A stretch of 64,000 nt of DNA. Source: a virus. Its lineage: Duplodnaviria; Caudoviricetes. The notes beneath the pieces were generated by a model that made no database searches, was not told the DNA's origin, and saw only the letters and a list, made by a program, of their open reading frames with translations. Location of the stretch: positions 32,001 to 96,000 of the IMG/VR virus record IMGVR_UViG_3300031998_000008. One strand, given 5' to 3'. How positions within the stretch are numbered: position 1 is the stretch's first letter; each line of letters starts with the position of its first letter. Made by a program: the position numbers and the translations under genes. Shown in pieces: positions 47,469 through 57,700 of the stretch.

Positions 47469-49511
47469 ATGTATGACACGATAAAAGGTAAAAATGAAGC
47501 CATAGACATATTAAACAATTATAACGGTGAGAATCCTTATTTGCTTAGGCTAAAGAGGGACATTGTTTTATGCCGTAAGACAAACTTGCTTACGGAATAT
47601 GTGATTGAGTACATAAAAAAGAACTGTAACAGGAAGCCTATACAAGTGAATAAGACCATACAAATTGCAGATTGGTATGGAGAGAAACTTAAAAATGATT
47701 ATGAAATTGAATTTATTCCTGAAAAATTAAGGATTTACACATTTTTCGGTGAAACATCAGTTTCTTTTCATTGTACTGTAAGATACAGGCAAAACATGGA
47801 AACTTTAGAACTTTTTTTACCAAAGAAAGCTGTATTAGGAAACTTCTTAATAGGTGATTACCATGAAGTTCAGGTTGATTTTGACCGTTATGATAATTTA
47901 TCAACAGCAAAAGACCCTAATAGAATGTTAAAGCCTCACCAAAAAGAGGCAGTTCAATTCCTTTTACATAGAAAAAAGTGCATTTTAGCTGATGATATGG
48001 GTCTTGGAAAAACTACAGAGTTAGCAGTTGCTTCAATTGAGGGCAATTTTGACTCTGTTTTGGTTATTTGTCCGTCTTCATTAAAGACCAATTGGAGAGA
48101 TGAATTGTTATGGTATGTCAAAGAGAAAGATATTTCTATAATTGATGGTGTTAATGATAAGACCAAGCCAGAATTAGAAAAAATGCTTGGATATGGCGTT
48201 GGAAAATCAGGATTAAAACGTGAACAATTGCTTGAAGAAGCAAAAAATCGTGGAAAATGGGAAGATAACAGATTTGTTATCGTCAATTTCGATATTCTTG
48301 ATGAATTTTATAAGATTCCAAGAACAAGGAGTGCTGAAAATATCAAGAAAGCATATGATGAGAGCCCTATGCTTAGGTATGCCATGAATAAAAAGACATT
48401 ACTTATAATTGATGAGGCACATAGGCTATCAAATTCTGATTCAGATAGATACAAAATAATAAATGACTTTATAAAAAGAGCGAATCCACATAGTATATAC
48501 CTTGCAACAGGTACACCCGTAACAAATAATCCTAAAAACCTTTATTGCTTATTGAAACTTATTGGCGATGACATCACCAATGATTGGCAATTTTATATGG
48601 ATAGGTATTGTGGTGCTATGAAAATTCCTGCAAAGGGAGAAAAAGAAAAATGGAGTAATTTCTTCTTTGAAAAGAAAAAAAGAGAGTATGAAAAAGAGGG
48701 AAAAGTTCCACCAACTACTTGGGGAGAACTTACTTCAAAGGAAAAAGATGAGTTAAAGGAATATATCAACACGAATGCAAGGAAAATCAACATCATCAAA
48801 GATGCAACTAACCTTGAAGAGTTGAAACTTAAACTTTCCCACATTTATTTAAGGCGTACAAAGGAAGATATTTCAGACGGATTGCCAAATAAGACAGTCC
48901 ATGAATTATTCTATGACTTTGACATGAAGCAAGAATTTGAATATGCACGTCTTTGGGAAGAATATGAGGCTGCACAACTTGAATTGGACCCAACAAAGGA
49001 AATCAATAAGGATTTGCTTGAGGGTGCTGTGTATCGTAAATATTGCTCAAATCAAATGATTCCAAATACCATAAAACTTGCTGATGAATTCATAAGCAAA
49101 GGTGAAAAGGTTATAATTGCCACTTGTTATGATGATGAATTGTATCAGTTAAGAGATTATTATGGTGATAAATGTGTTGTATTTAATGGTAAAATGACAC
49201 CAAAGCAAAAAGATGTTGCAAAAGAAGCATTCTTGACTAATCCTGATAAAATGGTCTTCATTGGACAATTGTTTGCGGCAGGTGTTGGACTTAATCTTGT
49301 TGTTTCCAATAAGTTAATATTCAATGACATTGATTATGTTCCAAGTTCTAATAAGCAAATGGAAGATAGAATTTATCGCATTGGGCAAATACATGATGTT
49401 GACATTTATTATCAAATATTTAGAGGAACACAATATGAAAAAATGTGGAATACAGTAATTAGAAAAGAACTAGTTATTAATCAAATTATAAAAAAAGAAA
49501 ACGAAAAATAA
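47469..49511 (+). CDS. SNF2-family helicase/ATPase (SMARCAL1/HARP-like)
   Basis: ILADDMGLGKT, IIDEAH, ATGTP..N, YLRRTK, AAGVGLNL, QMEDRIYRIGQ. Confidence 0.93.
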   Translation: MYDTIKGKNEAIDILNNYNGENPYLLRLKRDIVLCRKTNLLTEYVIEYIKKNCNRKPIQVNKTIQIADWYGEKLKNDYEIEFIPEKLRIYTFFGETSVSFHCTVRYRQNMETLELFLPKKAVLGNFLIGDYHEVQVDFDRYDNLSTAKDPNRMLKPHQKEAVQFLLHRKKCILADDMGLGKTTELAVASIEGNFDSVLVICPSSLKTNWRDELLWYVKEKDISIIDGVNDKTKPELEKMLGYGVGKSGLKREQLLEEAKNRGKWEDNRFVIVNFDILDEFYKIPRTRSAENIKKAYDESPMLRYAMNKKTLLIIDEAHRLSNSDSDRYKIINDFIKRANPHSIYLATGTPVTNNPKNLYCLLKLIGDDITNDWQFYMDRYCGAMKIPAKGEKEKWSNFFFEKKKREYEKEGKVPPTTWGELTSKEKDELKEYINTNARKINIIKDATNLEELKLKLSHIYLRRTKEDISDGLPNKTVHELFYDFDMKQEFEYARLWEEYEAAQLELDPTKEINKDLLEGAVYRKYCSNQMIPNTIKLADEFISKGEKVIIATCYDDELYQLRDYYGDKCVVFNGKMTPKQKDVAKEAFLTNPDKMVFIGQLFAAGVGLNLVVSNKLIFNDIDYVPSSNKQMEDRIYRIGQIHDVDIYYQIFRGTQYEKMWNTVIRKELVINQIIKKENEK

Positions 49512-49539
49512 TACTATTTATATTAAAGACAGTATTATT

Positions 49540-50451
49540 ATGAAAAAAATAAGCTTAGATGAATTTATTAAAAGGTCAAAAAATGTGCATGGTGAAAAAT
49601 ATAGTTATGAAAAATCTGTGTATGTTAATTATGATACAAAATTAGAAATAATTTGTAAAAAACATGGTAGTTTTTGGCAAACACCAGGTAATCATTTAAA
49701 AGGAAAAGGATGTCCTTATTGTAATGGAAACGCTAAATCAAATACTGAAGAGTTTATAAAAAAAGCAAATGATAAATGGGGTGATAAATTTGATTATTCA
49801 TTAGTAAAATACAAAAATAATAATTCAAAAATTTGTATAATAGAAAGAAAAAGTGGTCGTAAATTTTGGCAAACGCCAGCTAATCATTTGCAAGGATATG
49901 ATTGTAGTAATGGTGGAAAACAAAATACTGAAAACTTCATAATAAAAGCATCAGAAATTCATAAATGTAAATATGATTATTCTAAAACTGAATATAAAAC
50001 AGCAAAGGATAAAATAAGTATAATATGTCCAATACATGGCGAATTTTACCAATTACCATATAATCATTTAAAAGGGCAAGGATGTCCAAAATGTATTCAA
50101 AAATCAATTTTAGAAAATAAAATAAAAGAAATACTTGAAAATAATAGAATTATTTTTGAAGAACAAAAAAGATTTAAGTGGCTTGGAAAAAAGAGTTTAG
50201 ATTTTTATTTATCAGATTATAATATTGCAATCGAATGTCAAGGAAAAGAACATTTATATGAAACTGGACAATGGGAACCTTTTGAAATTGTTTTAAAAAG
50301 AGATATAGAAAAATATAATATATGTAAAGAAAATTTTGTAAAAGTTATATATGTAATACCAAATAACGAAAACAAAATTCCTGAATTTTATGATAATAAA
50401 ATAACAATAAGGCTTAAAGATTTTGAAAATTATATAAAAAATGAAAAGTGA
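49540..50451 (+). CDS. Free-standing homing-type endonuclease (DUF723-like Zn repeats + Vsr/PD-(D/E)xK domain)
   Basis: Three YDYS...(C..HG).F.Q.P.NHL.G repeats, then LDFYL...IAIECQG.EH. Very AT-rich; CTATTTAT at 49514-49521. Confidence 0.8.
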   Translation: MKKISLDEFIKRSKNVHGEKYSYEKSVYVNYDTKLEIICKKHGSFWQTPGNHLKGKGCPYCNGNAKSNTEEFIKKANDKWGDKFDYSLVKYKNNNSKICIIERKSGRKFWQTPANHLQGYDCSNGGKQNTENFIIKASEIHKCKYDYSKTEYKTAKDKISIICPIHGEFYQLPYNHLKGQGCPKCIQKSILENKIKEILENNRIIFEEQKRFKWLGKKSLDFYLSDYNIAIECQGKEHLYETGQWEPFEIVLKRDIEKYNICKENFVKVIYVIPNNENKIPEFYDNKITIRLKDFENYIKNEK

Positions 50452-50824
50452 AAAAGTAGGAGAAATAGTAGAAAACAGAAGTGAAAAAGAAATAATTGAA
50501 ACATGGGATAAATTGGGCCTTCTTAAAGACCTTAATGATTCTGAGAAAAGACTTGCTGCAATCTATTATGAAAAGGCAGCATTGGCAATGATTAGTTGGG
50601 ATGAAATAAAGCATGAGTTTGATAACGCCGCATTTGCAATAATTTACAAATTAGCAAAGAGAGGATATAAGTTCGACCATTTCAATATAACAGAAATGTA
50701 TTCGGTTTATTGTAATGAGTATGAAAAAGTGGTTGACCCAAAATTTAAGGATACGGCAGCAAAGGCTGCAAAAGCGACTTGTGATTATTTTTCAAAGAAA
50801 GAAAATAAGCCAAAAATAAAATGA
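50441..50824 (+). CDS. Small protein resembling the major capsid protein N-terminus (paralogue 1)
   Basis: S..VGEI...WDKLGLL..L....K..AA.YYE.AA...F....F.II. Confidence 0.6.
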   Translation: MKSEKVGEIVENRSEKEIIETWDKLGLLKDLNDSEKRLAAIYYEKAALAMISWDEIKHEFDNAAFAIIYKLAKRGYKFDHFNITEMYSVYCNEYEKVVDPKFKDTAAKAAKATCDYFSKKENKPKIK

Positions 50825-51105
50825 AAAAGATAAAATATCACATAGTAAAGTTTGTATTTTCCGTAATTGGATGGTATAAAGCAACTTTTGTATTTAAGGA
50901 AGGCCATAAGTATCTTGGTGGAATGCAGAAGAATGCAGCATCCATATATCGTGGAAACAGGACTTTTTATGAATCATTCAATGCTGTTGAGTCGACATGG
51001 GGCGTATGTGTATTTACAACACGTAATAAAACCTATAAATACTGGGAACTTGGTATTTTTAAATGGATTGAAAATAATGAAATTGAAGAAGTTACGAAAG
51101 TATGA
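50821..51105 (+). CDS. Hypothetical protein
   Basis: 94 aa, with 4-nt overlaps to both neighbours. Confidence 0.6.
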   Translation: MKKIKYHIVKFVFSVIGWYKATFVFKEGHKYLGGMQKNAASIYRGNRTFYESFNAVESTWGVCVFTTRNKTYKYWELGIFKWIENNEIEEVTKV

Positions 51106-51350
51106 CTGAAAAAGAAAAAAATGATTTCATTGATTCAATGATAAAAGTAACATATTGTTCAGATTCAGATGCTTTAGTACAATTAGAAATTAGATTGAAG
51201 CGTACAGCATATTCAATGTTTTTCGGTAGTAAAAGATTAAAAGCACTTGGAATAAACATAGAAGATGCATATGATTTTCGTGAAAAAAACAAGTGGCCAA
51301 ATATTAGCGGCAAGCATAGATTGATAAAAAATTATAACACTTTAAAGTAA
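51102..51350 (+). CDS. Hypothetical protein
   Basis: 82 aa, ATGA overlap with the previous gene. Confidence 0.6.
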   Translation: MTEKEKNDFIDSMIKVTYCSDSDALVQLEIRLKRTAYSMFFGSKRLKALGINIEDAYDFREKNKWPNISGKHRLIKNYNTLK

Positions 51351-51355
51351 CTTTT

Positions 51356-51769
51356 ATGAAAAAAATATCATGGATTGATTATTCAGAATATGAAAAGTTG
51401 CCTGAAAAGCATCATTTGGAATATTGGGATAAGATTTTACGTATAAGAAATTGCTTAGATGACAACGAAAATTCTGCTGAAATATTGGCAAAGTATTTTG
51501 ATATATGCAAAAAATATATTGAAGAACATGATTTAGAAAGTGACGAAGAATGTATATTATTACCGATTGTAACACGTGTTGTTAGATGTGATAAAAAATG
51601 GAAACATGGAGAATTTAACCCATCGAAAATTTTGTCTGTTTATAGAAACAAGAAAACAAAGGTTAAAAGCAAATTTTTCAATGAAATACAACTTCATCAA
51701 ATAGACTCTGAAGCACAGGCTGTACGTGAAACTGCTGATTTTTTTACGATTAATAAGGAAAAATATTGA
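51356..51769 (+). CDS. Small paralogue 2 of the capsid-N-terminus-like family
   Basis: YWDK...AKYFDICKKYIEE...LLPIVTRV...KW.HGEFNP.KI.SV...ID.E..A..ETA.FF. Confidence 0.7.
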   Translation: MKKISWIDYSEYEKLPEKHHLEYWDKILRIRNCLDDNENSAEILAKYFDICKKYIEEHDLESDEECILLPIVTRVVRCDKKWKHGEFNPSKILSVYRNKKTKVKSKFFNEIQLHQIDSEAQAVRETADFFTINKEKY

Positions 51770-51775
51770 ATTGAT

Positions 51776-52183
51776 ATGTTAGTAAGAGATTTTTTTGACC
51801 AAACGGTCAATTTGTACAATGAATGCAAAGACAAATACCATATGGGATATTGGAAAGAAACCCATTTGACTGACGAAGAAGATGAAAAGATGGTTGAAGT
51901 CTATTCAAAGTACCTTGACAAGTGCAAGATATATATAGAAGAAAATGATATACAGGATGACAATTATAATGCTTTGTTGCCAATTGTGTATCGTGTTTTG
52001 AAGAAGGATAAAGAATGGAAAAGTGGGGAATTTGACCCAAAAAAAATAATTTCAGTGTTCACAGACCTTAGAAATCAATTAAATGAACAATTGAAAAAGA
52101 ATCCAATGAATATTGATGATGAATTGGTTGCTTGCGTTGAAACTGCAAGATATTTTACTAAGAGTGATGATATTTTTGATTGA
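51776..52183 (+). CDS. Small paralogue 3 of the same family
   Basis: YWKE...SKYLDKCKIYIEE...LLPIVYRV...EW.SGEFDP.KI.SV...IDDE..A..ETA.YF. Confidence 0.7.
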   Translation: MLVRDFFDQTVNLYNECKDKYHMGYWKETHLTDEEDEKMVEVYSKYLDKCKIYIEENDIQDDNYNALLPIVYRVLKKDKEWKSGEFDPKKIISVFTDLRNQLNEQLKKNPMNIDDELVACVETARYFTKSDDIFD

Positions 52184-52188
52184 ATGAT

Positions 52189-52578
52189 ATGGAAAAATAT
52201 GATATAATAAAAGATTATTTTTTAGTTGAAACTTATAAAGAATATAATTTATCAAAAGAAAAGTTTCATTCAGATTATTGGCGTGAAGCCATTCCTGAAA
52301 TGTTAGATTGTAATAAAAAAGAAGACAAAGATTACATTAATAATGCATCAAGGCATCTTGATAAATGTAGAAGATTTATCTTAAATCACAATTACAAATA
52401 TGAAGAATCATATGCTTTATTAAGAGTTGTTGTTTGTCTTGTTAAAAATAACACATGGCTATATCATTTTAATCCGTATAGAATAATAAGCACATTTAAT
52501 GAAAAATGTAAAAATGAAAATATAAAAATAGATATTTTTGATGAAAATGTGTATTTTGAAGTTGCCAATAATTTATGA
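52189..52578 (+). CDS. Small paralogue 4 of the same family
   Basis: YWRE...SRHLDKCRRFI...ALLRVVVCL...W...FNP.RIIS. Alternative TTG start at 52180. Confidence 0.65.
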   Translation: MEKYDIIKDYFLVETYKEYNLSKEKFHSDYWREAIPEMLDCNKKEDKDYINNASRHLDKCRRFILNHNYKYEESYALLRVVVCLVKNNTWLYHFNPYRIISTFNEKCKNENIKIDIFDENVYFEVANNL

Positions 52579-52772
52579 ATTTTTTTGTAGATTATAGTTG
52601 CGGAATGCAAAGTATTATGTCAATATTTGGTGTTTCGTTTGCAATAATTGAAAGTGGTCCAAATATTAAGGGATATGTTGTTGAAAGGCGTGGCGAAATG
52701 AGAAGAAGACATAGAATTAAAAAGTACATCAACAATAATAATTTTGTAATAAAGTGTGTGAAGGTAGATTGA
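52575..52772 (+). CDS. Hypothetical protein
   Basis: 65 aa, ATGA overlap upstream and 1-nt gap downstream. Confidence 0.5.
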   Translation: MNFFVDYSCGMQSIMSIFGVSFAIIESGPNIKGYVVERRGEMRRRHRIKKYINNNNFVIKCVKVD

Positions 52773-52773
52773 T

Positions 52774-53253
52774 ATGGATGAATATTTGGCATTTGTTGAT
52801 TACATTGGAAGAACAATAGATGGGCAATATATATACAGATTTGACTTTACAGTTGATTCAGATAGTGTATGGGGAGATTATTTCAATGTTACACCAGCTG
52901 GTATAGTTCCGGATTTACAGCCTGACAGGAATTCACTATCCAAGACATGTAAGGTGAATTTTCCTAAAGAAATGCAAATAGCAAAAAAGAACTATTGCTT
53001 TTCAATGCAGGATTGTATAGATGGTATTATACCTGTTGTTTTTTCAGAAATATCTGAAAATTTGGTCGAATATAATGATGGCCCATTATTTTTTAGGTTT
53101 GGAGAGGATTATGAAACTGTGAAAAATACATTGAATTCAATTGGAATTGAAATGTATGACATGGAACTTGTTGAAAAGGGAGATGAAAGCGCAATTGATG
53201 CATTGATTGATAACATGGATTTAATAAATGACGAAGATGGTGGCGCTTTTTAG
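52774..53253 (+). CDS. Hypothetical protein (paralogue of 53439..53837)
   Basis: YIG...DG.Y.Y.F.F......VWG...PD...CFSM....GI. Confidence 0.75.
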   Translation: MDEYLAFVDYIGRTIDGQYIYRFDFTVDSDSVWGDYFNVTPAGIVPDLQPDRNSLSKTCKVNFPKEMQIAKKNYCFSMQDCIDGIIPVVFSEISENLVEYNDGPLFFRFGEDYETVKNTLNSIGIEMYDMELVEKGDESAIDALIDNMDLINDEDGGAF

Positions 53254-53437
53254 TGAAGGCGAATGTAGTGGAAGTGGACAAGGAACCGTATATAGTGGGC
53301 ATGGCTATTTTGAAAGGCATTCTCATGATGGATTCATGTTTAGAGAGCCAAGGCCATACATTGAGTATAAAAGAATGATAAAAAAGGGATTACGTAAATA
53401 TAGATTAGCCCCAAAAAGATTTAATTGGTATTTTTGA
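53228..53437 (+). CDS. Hypothetical protein
   Basis: About 65-69 aa, fills the gap between the two paralogues; start uncertain. Confidence 0.45.
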   Translation: MTKMVALFSEGECSGSGQGTVYSGHGYFERHSHDGFMFREPRPYIEYKRMIKKGLRKYRLAPKRFNWYF

Positions 53438-53438
53438 T

Positions 53439-53837
53439 ATGGAAAAAGAAGATATTTTGAAGTTGGTATATGTAAAATATATTGGTAAAAACACTGATGG
53501 GACATATGTGTATAATTTCTTTTTCAGCGAAACACCTGAATATGTGTGGGGACCTGCATGGGATGTTGATAATCCAAGCAATAATGGTGACATAACACCT
53601 GATTCAACTACATATTCTGTTGTTAAACAGGTTTATACAACACTTCCGTTAAAGACAGCAGAAGAAACTACATGTTATTCAATGGAGTATGCTACTTATG
53701 GAATTTTAGCATTATGTTGGATTGATATTGAAAATCTTGAAGTTTATCCTGAACATGGTAGATTAGCAATGCATTTCAACGATTCTTATTATGAAGTTGA
53801 GGATAAACTTAATCTTTATGGTTGGAATTTTAAATAA
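53439..53837 (+). CDS. Hypothetical protein (paralogue of 52774..53253)
   Basis: YIG...DG.Y.Y.F.F......VWG...PD...CYSM....GI. Confidence 0.75.
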   Translation: MEKEDILKLVYVKYIGKNTDGTYVYNFFFSETPEYVWGPAWDVDNPSNNGDITPDSTTYSVVKQVYTTLPLKTAEETTCYSMEYATYGILALCWIDIENLEVYPEHGRLAMHFNDSYYEVEDKLNLYGWNFK

Positions 53838-53857
53838 TTTTTTGTAAAATATAGAAA

Positions 53858-54172
53858 ATGGAAAAAATGTTAGATAAAGACAAACTTATTTTGGTATTTT
53901 ATATCAATGTTGCTGACATTGATAGAGCAGATGTTATTGAATATTTGAATGATGCAAGAAAAGGTCTTGCTGATTTTCTTGATGAATCAATACTTTCATA
54001 TTTTATTCCTGTTGAGGAAGAGGAAAGTCACCTTGAGTGTATCAATCCTGTAAAACTTGAAGGAACTGAATATGAAGAAGCATTAAAAAAACTTGACGAA
54101 GCAAACAAAAAATTTAGTGAAGTATTAGAAAATTTAACAAATAATAATTTTGACAATGAGTTACAACAATAA
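53858..54172 (+). CDS. Hypothetical protein
   Basis: 104 aa with LILVFYINV...FIPV...ECINP; operonic spacing. Confidence 0.7.
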   Translation: MEKMLDKDKLILVFYINVADIDRADVIEYLNDARKGLADFLDESILSYFIPVEEEESHLECINPVKLEGTEYEEALKKLDEANKKFSEVLENLTNNNFDNELQQ

Positions 54173-54668
54173 CAATGACGAATTTATAGTGTACGAAAAT
54201 CACGTTGCATTTTGGGGTTCTGAGTTTTCAAACTTCTACAAGTGCAATTTTACGTACTTAGGAATTAAGTTCAGTAGTTCCGAACAGGCTTTTATGTATG
54301 AAAAGGCTTTGTATTTCAAAGACAAAGAAACAGCCGCATTAATATTGGAAGCAAAAACTCCGAAAGAGGCAAAGAAACTTGGAAGACAAGTTCGTGGCTT
54401 TGATAGTGACGAATGGTCTGAGGTTTGTGAAGACATTATGTATAATGTTGTTTTGCACAAATTCATCCAAAATGACAAGTTACAAAAACTAATCACAAGA
54501 GAAGACCTTTTGGATAAAACATTCGTTGAGGGCTCTCCATATGACGGAATTTGGGGTGTCAAGATGGCATGGAACAATCCAAAAATTGATGATGAATCAA
54601 ATTGGGAAGGTGAAAATCTTTTGGGTAAGGTACTTGGAAGAGTTAGGGACTATTTATTAAGAGTATAA
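54156..54668 (+). CDS. NADAR family (YbiA/DUF1768) hydrolase
   Basis: FSNFY, SSEQAFM..KA..F.D, P.EAKKLGR.V..F, EGSPYD.IWG, G.NLLG..L..VR. Confidence 0.92.
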   Translation: MSYNNNNDEFIVYENHVAFWGSEFSNFYKCNFTYLGIKFSSSEQAFMYEKALYFKDKETAALILEAKTPKEAKKLGRQVRGFDSDEWSEVCEDIMYNVVLHKFIQNDKLQKLITREDLLDKTFVEGSPYDGIWGVKMAWNNPKIDDESNWEGENLLGKVLGRVRDYLLRV

Positions 54669-54735
54669 AACTTTAATTTTTATCGCTAAAAATAACACGT
54701 AATAAGCATGCCAAGGGATTTGGCTTATATAATTA

Positions 54736-57700
54736 ATGTCAGAAAATTTGAAGAAAAAGGAAATTACTCCTGAAGTAATTAGTACCTTTTTAAATGGTCG
54801 TGATGAACAGACTGGTATAGTAAATCTTGATTACAAATATCAAAACGACTATATAACTGTTTATTATAGGAATGAAAATGATGATAAATGTGTGGCACAA
54901 GAGCCATTTATGCCATTTTTATGGGCAACTGAAAAAGCATGCCGAAAATTATGTGGCGGCGATAGAAATAAAGTAAAAGAACTACTTAAAAGATACAGAA
55001 TATGGGTTAAATCTCTTGATGTAACCAATTCAGAGGGTAAAGTTGTTGAAGAAATTAAAAACGGTTATACATACCTGTTCTATGCAACTACACCAATGAG
55101 TTATTCTGAATTCTTGGACTTTTTCAAAAAAGCAGGAAATGCGGTTTCAAGTAGGAAAAAGAAGGATGATAAGGGTGGTACACAGCAGAAAGACGAAAAA
55201 CAATATTTAACAGTAACACCTAAAGAACAATTCTTAATATCAACAGGAAAAAGATACTTCAAAGGATATGAAGATTATAATGATATTCTTAGGTTGATAT
55301 TCGACTTGGAAACAACAGGCCTTAATACCAAAAAGGATAGAATTGAACAGTTTGGTATTAGGTTCAACAGACAAGTTAAGTATAAAGGAAATTATATTGA
55401 TTTTAGAAAAATATTTACAACTGAAGGTAAAACAAAAGAAGAAAAAGATGCTTCAGAGTTGTATAATATTGTAACTTTCCTTAAAATCATTTATACATTT
55501 AGGCCCGATGTTATTACGGCACATAATGGTGAGGCATTCGACTGGAACATTATTATTGGTGCTTGTGAACGTTTGGGTACTTCTCTTGAAGAATTGTCAA
55601 AGAAATTTTTCGATGGCGAACCAATTAGAAAAGATGAGCGTGAATCAATTCTTAAATTGGGCGGAGAAATTGAAAAATACCAAAAGACAATTGTACCTAA
55701 AACAATTGTTACAGATTCATTACATGCGGTTAGAAGAGCACAGGCCCTTGATTCAAACATGCTTTTCTCAAATTTGAAATATGTAAGTAAGTATTCAGAT
55801 TTGATTAAAGAAGACCGTGTTTATATACCAGGTGATAAGATTTCAGAAATTTGGAATGATACAGTTCGCATGTTTGCAATTAACGATGAGACAGGCGATT
55901 GGTATGTATATGACGAAAACCATGTATGTGAGAGTGAAGAACTGCTACAAAAGAAAGGAAAAGACAATCCAACGTTTGTTCTTTACACAAAGAATAAACT
56001 TTTAGATGGATATAAACTTGTTGATGGCAAATACATTGGACAAAAGTATTTGCTTGATGACTTGTGGGAGTGTGATATGGTTGAACACCGTTATAACACT
56101 CCTAACTTCCTTATTTGTAAAATGATTCCTGTTCCATTTGACAAATGCTGTACTATGGGTACTGCTGGCCAGTGGAAATCAATTATGCTTGCATGGAGTT
56201 ATGAATATAACTTGGCAATTCCTCAATTTTCAGAAAGAAAAACATTTACAGGTGGTCTTTCAAGACTTTTGAAAGTTGGATTTGTTGATAATGTTGCAAA
56301 ATTCGACTACAATTCACTTTATCCTTCAATCATTCTTACTTGGGGTATTAGTGATGCAAAAGACTTGTTACATTCAATGCTTTACTTCTTGGAACACGTA
56401 CTTACTCAACGTGAAAAGTATAAAGGATTGAAGAAAAAGGCAGGTAAAGCAAAAGATAAGTACAAAGAAGAGTATGCTGCTTGCACAGACCCACATCTTA
56501 AAGATGAAATAAATAGGAAAATAATGGAGGCAGCACAGGAAGAATCAGCAAACGATAAGAAACAGTTGCCTTTGAAAATTTTCGGTAACTCATTCTTTGG
56601 GTCATATGGTGCTCCAAACGTATTCCCATGGGCTTCAATTGCTTGTGCTGAAAGAACAACATGCACAGGTAGAATGGCTCTTAGATTGATGATTTATTGG
56701 TTTACTAAGATTGGTTATCAGCCAATTGTTGGTGATACTGATGGTTTTAACTTCCAACTTCCTGATGACGATAAATTCAGATATACAAAGGAAAATCCAT
56801 ATATAAGCCCAGGTCTTTCAAGAGAAACAAAAGAAGGTGTTGAATATGTTGGGTTTAGGGCTGATGTTGCTGAGTTTAACGATTTATTCATGAAAGATTT
56901 CCATTATGGTCCAAACTGCGTTAATAAGATGGGCCTTGGTATTGATGAAGTTGTTGCCGCTACTATTAACTTTAGTAGAAAGAACTATGCTGACTATTTC
57001 CCTGATGAAGAATTTCCAAAGGATGTTAAGATGGTCGGTAATACAATCAAATCAAAGAAAATGCCTGAATATATTTCAAAATTCTTGGAAAGGGGTATTA
57101 GATTATTGCTTAGAAAAAAAGGACAAGAATTTATTGAATCATATTATGATTATATTGAAAAGATTTACAATTATCAGATACCGTTGAAGATGATTGCTTC
57201 AAAAGGTAAGATAAAGAAGTCAATAGAAGAATATATAGAAGACTGTAAGACAATCACAAAAGCAGGTAGGCCGAAATCAAGACAGGCATGGATGGAACTT
57301 GCAATCAAGGAAAATCTTACAGTCAACATGGGAGAAACCATATACTATATTAATATTGGTAAGACAAAATCACAAACAGACGCTAAGAAAGTCACACATT
57401 ATTATGTTGTTGATGGCTTGTTTGGTGATAAGTCTGACCATAGGGTTGCTCTTGAAAAAGAATGGAAAAAAGATAACATTGACGGTAAGTTGGCTCCAAA
57501 AGAACGTGCCTTGTCATTGAATGACTATGTTAAGAAACATCATCCTGACGTTATTATTGAGGATGAGGTTATACTTAACTGTAAGTTGGTCCCAAGAGAA
57601 ATTGTTGATTCTGAAGAAGACATAATGTGTAAAGAGGGTGAAGAATACAATGTACAGAAGTATATTGACCAATTCAACAAGAGAATTACACCTCTTTTGG

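Noticed and set aside
50441-52578. Diversity-generating retroelement as the source of the paralogues
   Set aside because: No reverse transcriptase and no near-identical template/variable repeat pair; divergence is at the protein level.
56509-56516. ATAAATAG copy inside polB
   Set aside because: It is intragenic with no associated gene start; chance matches are expected at this AT content.
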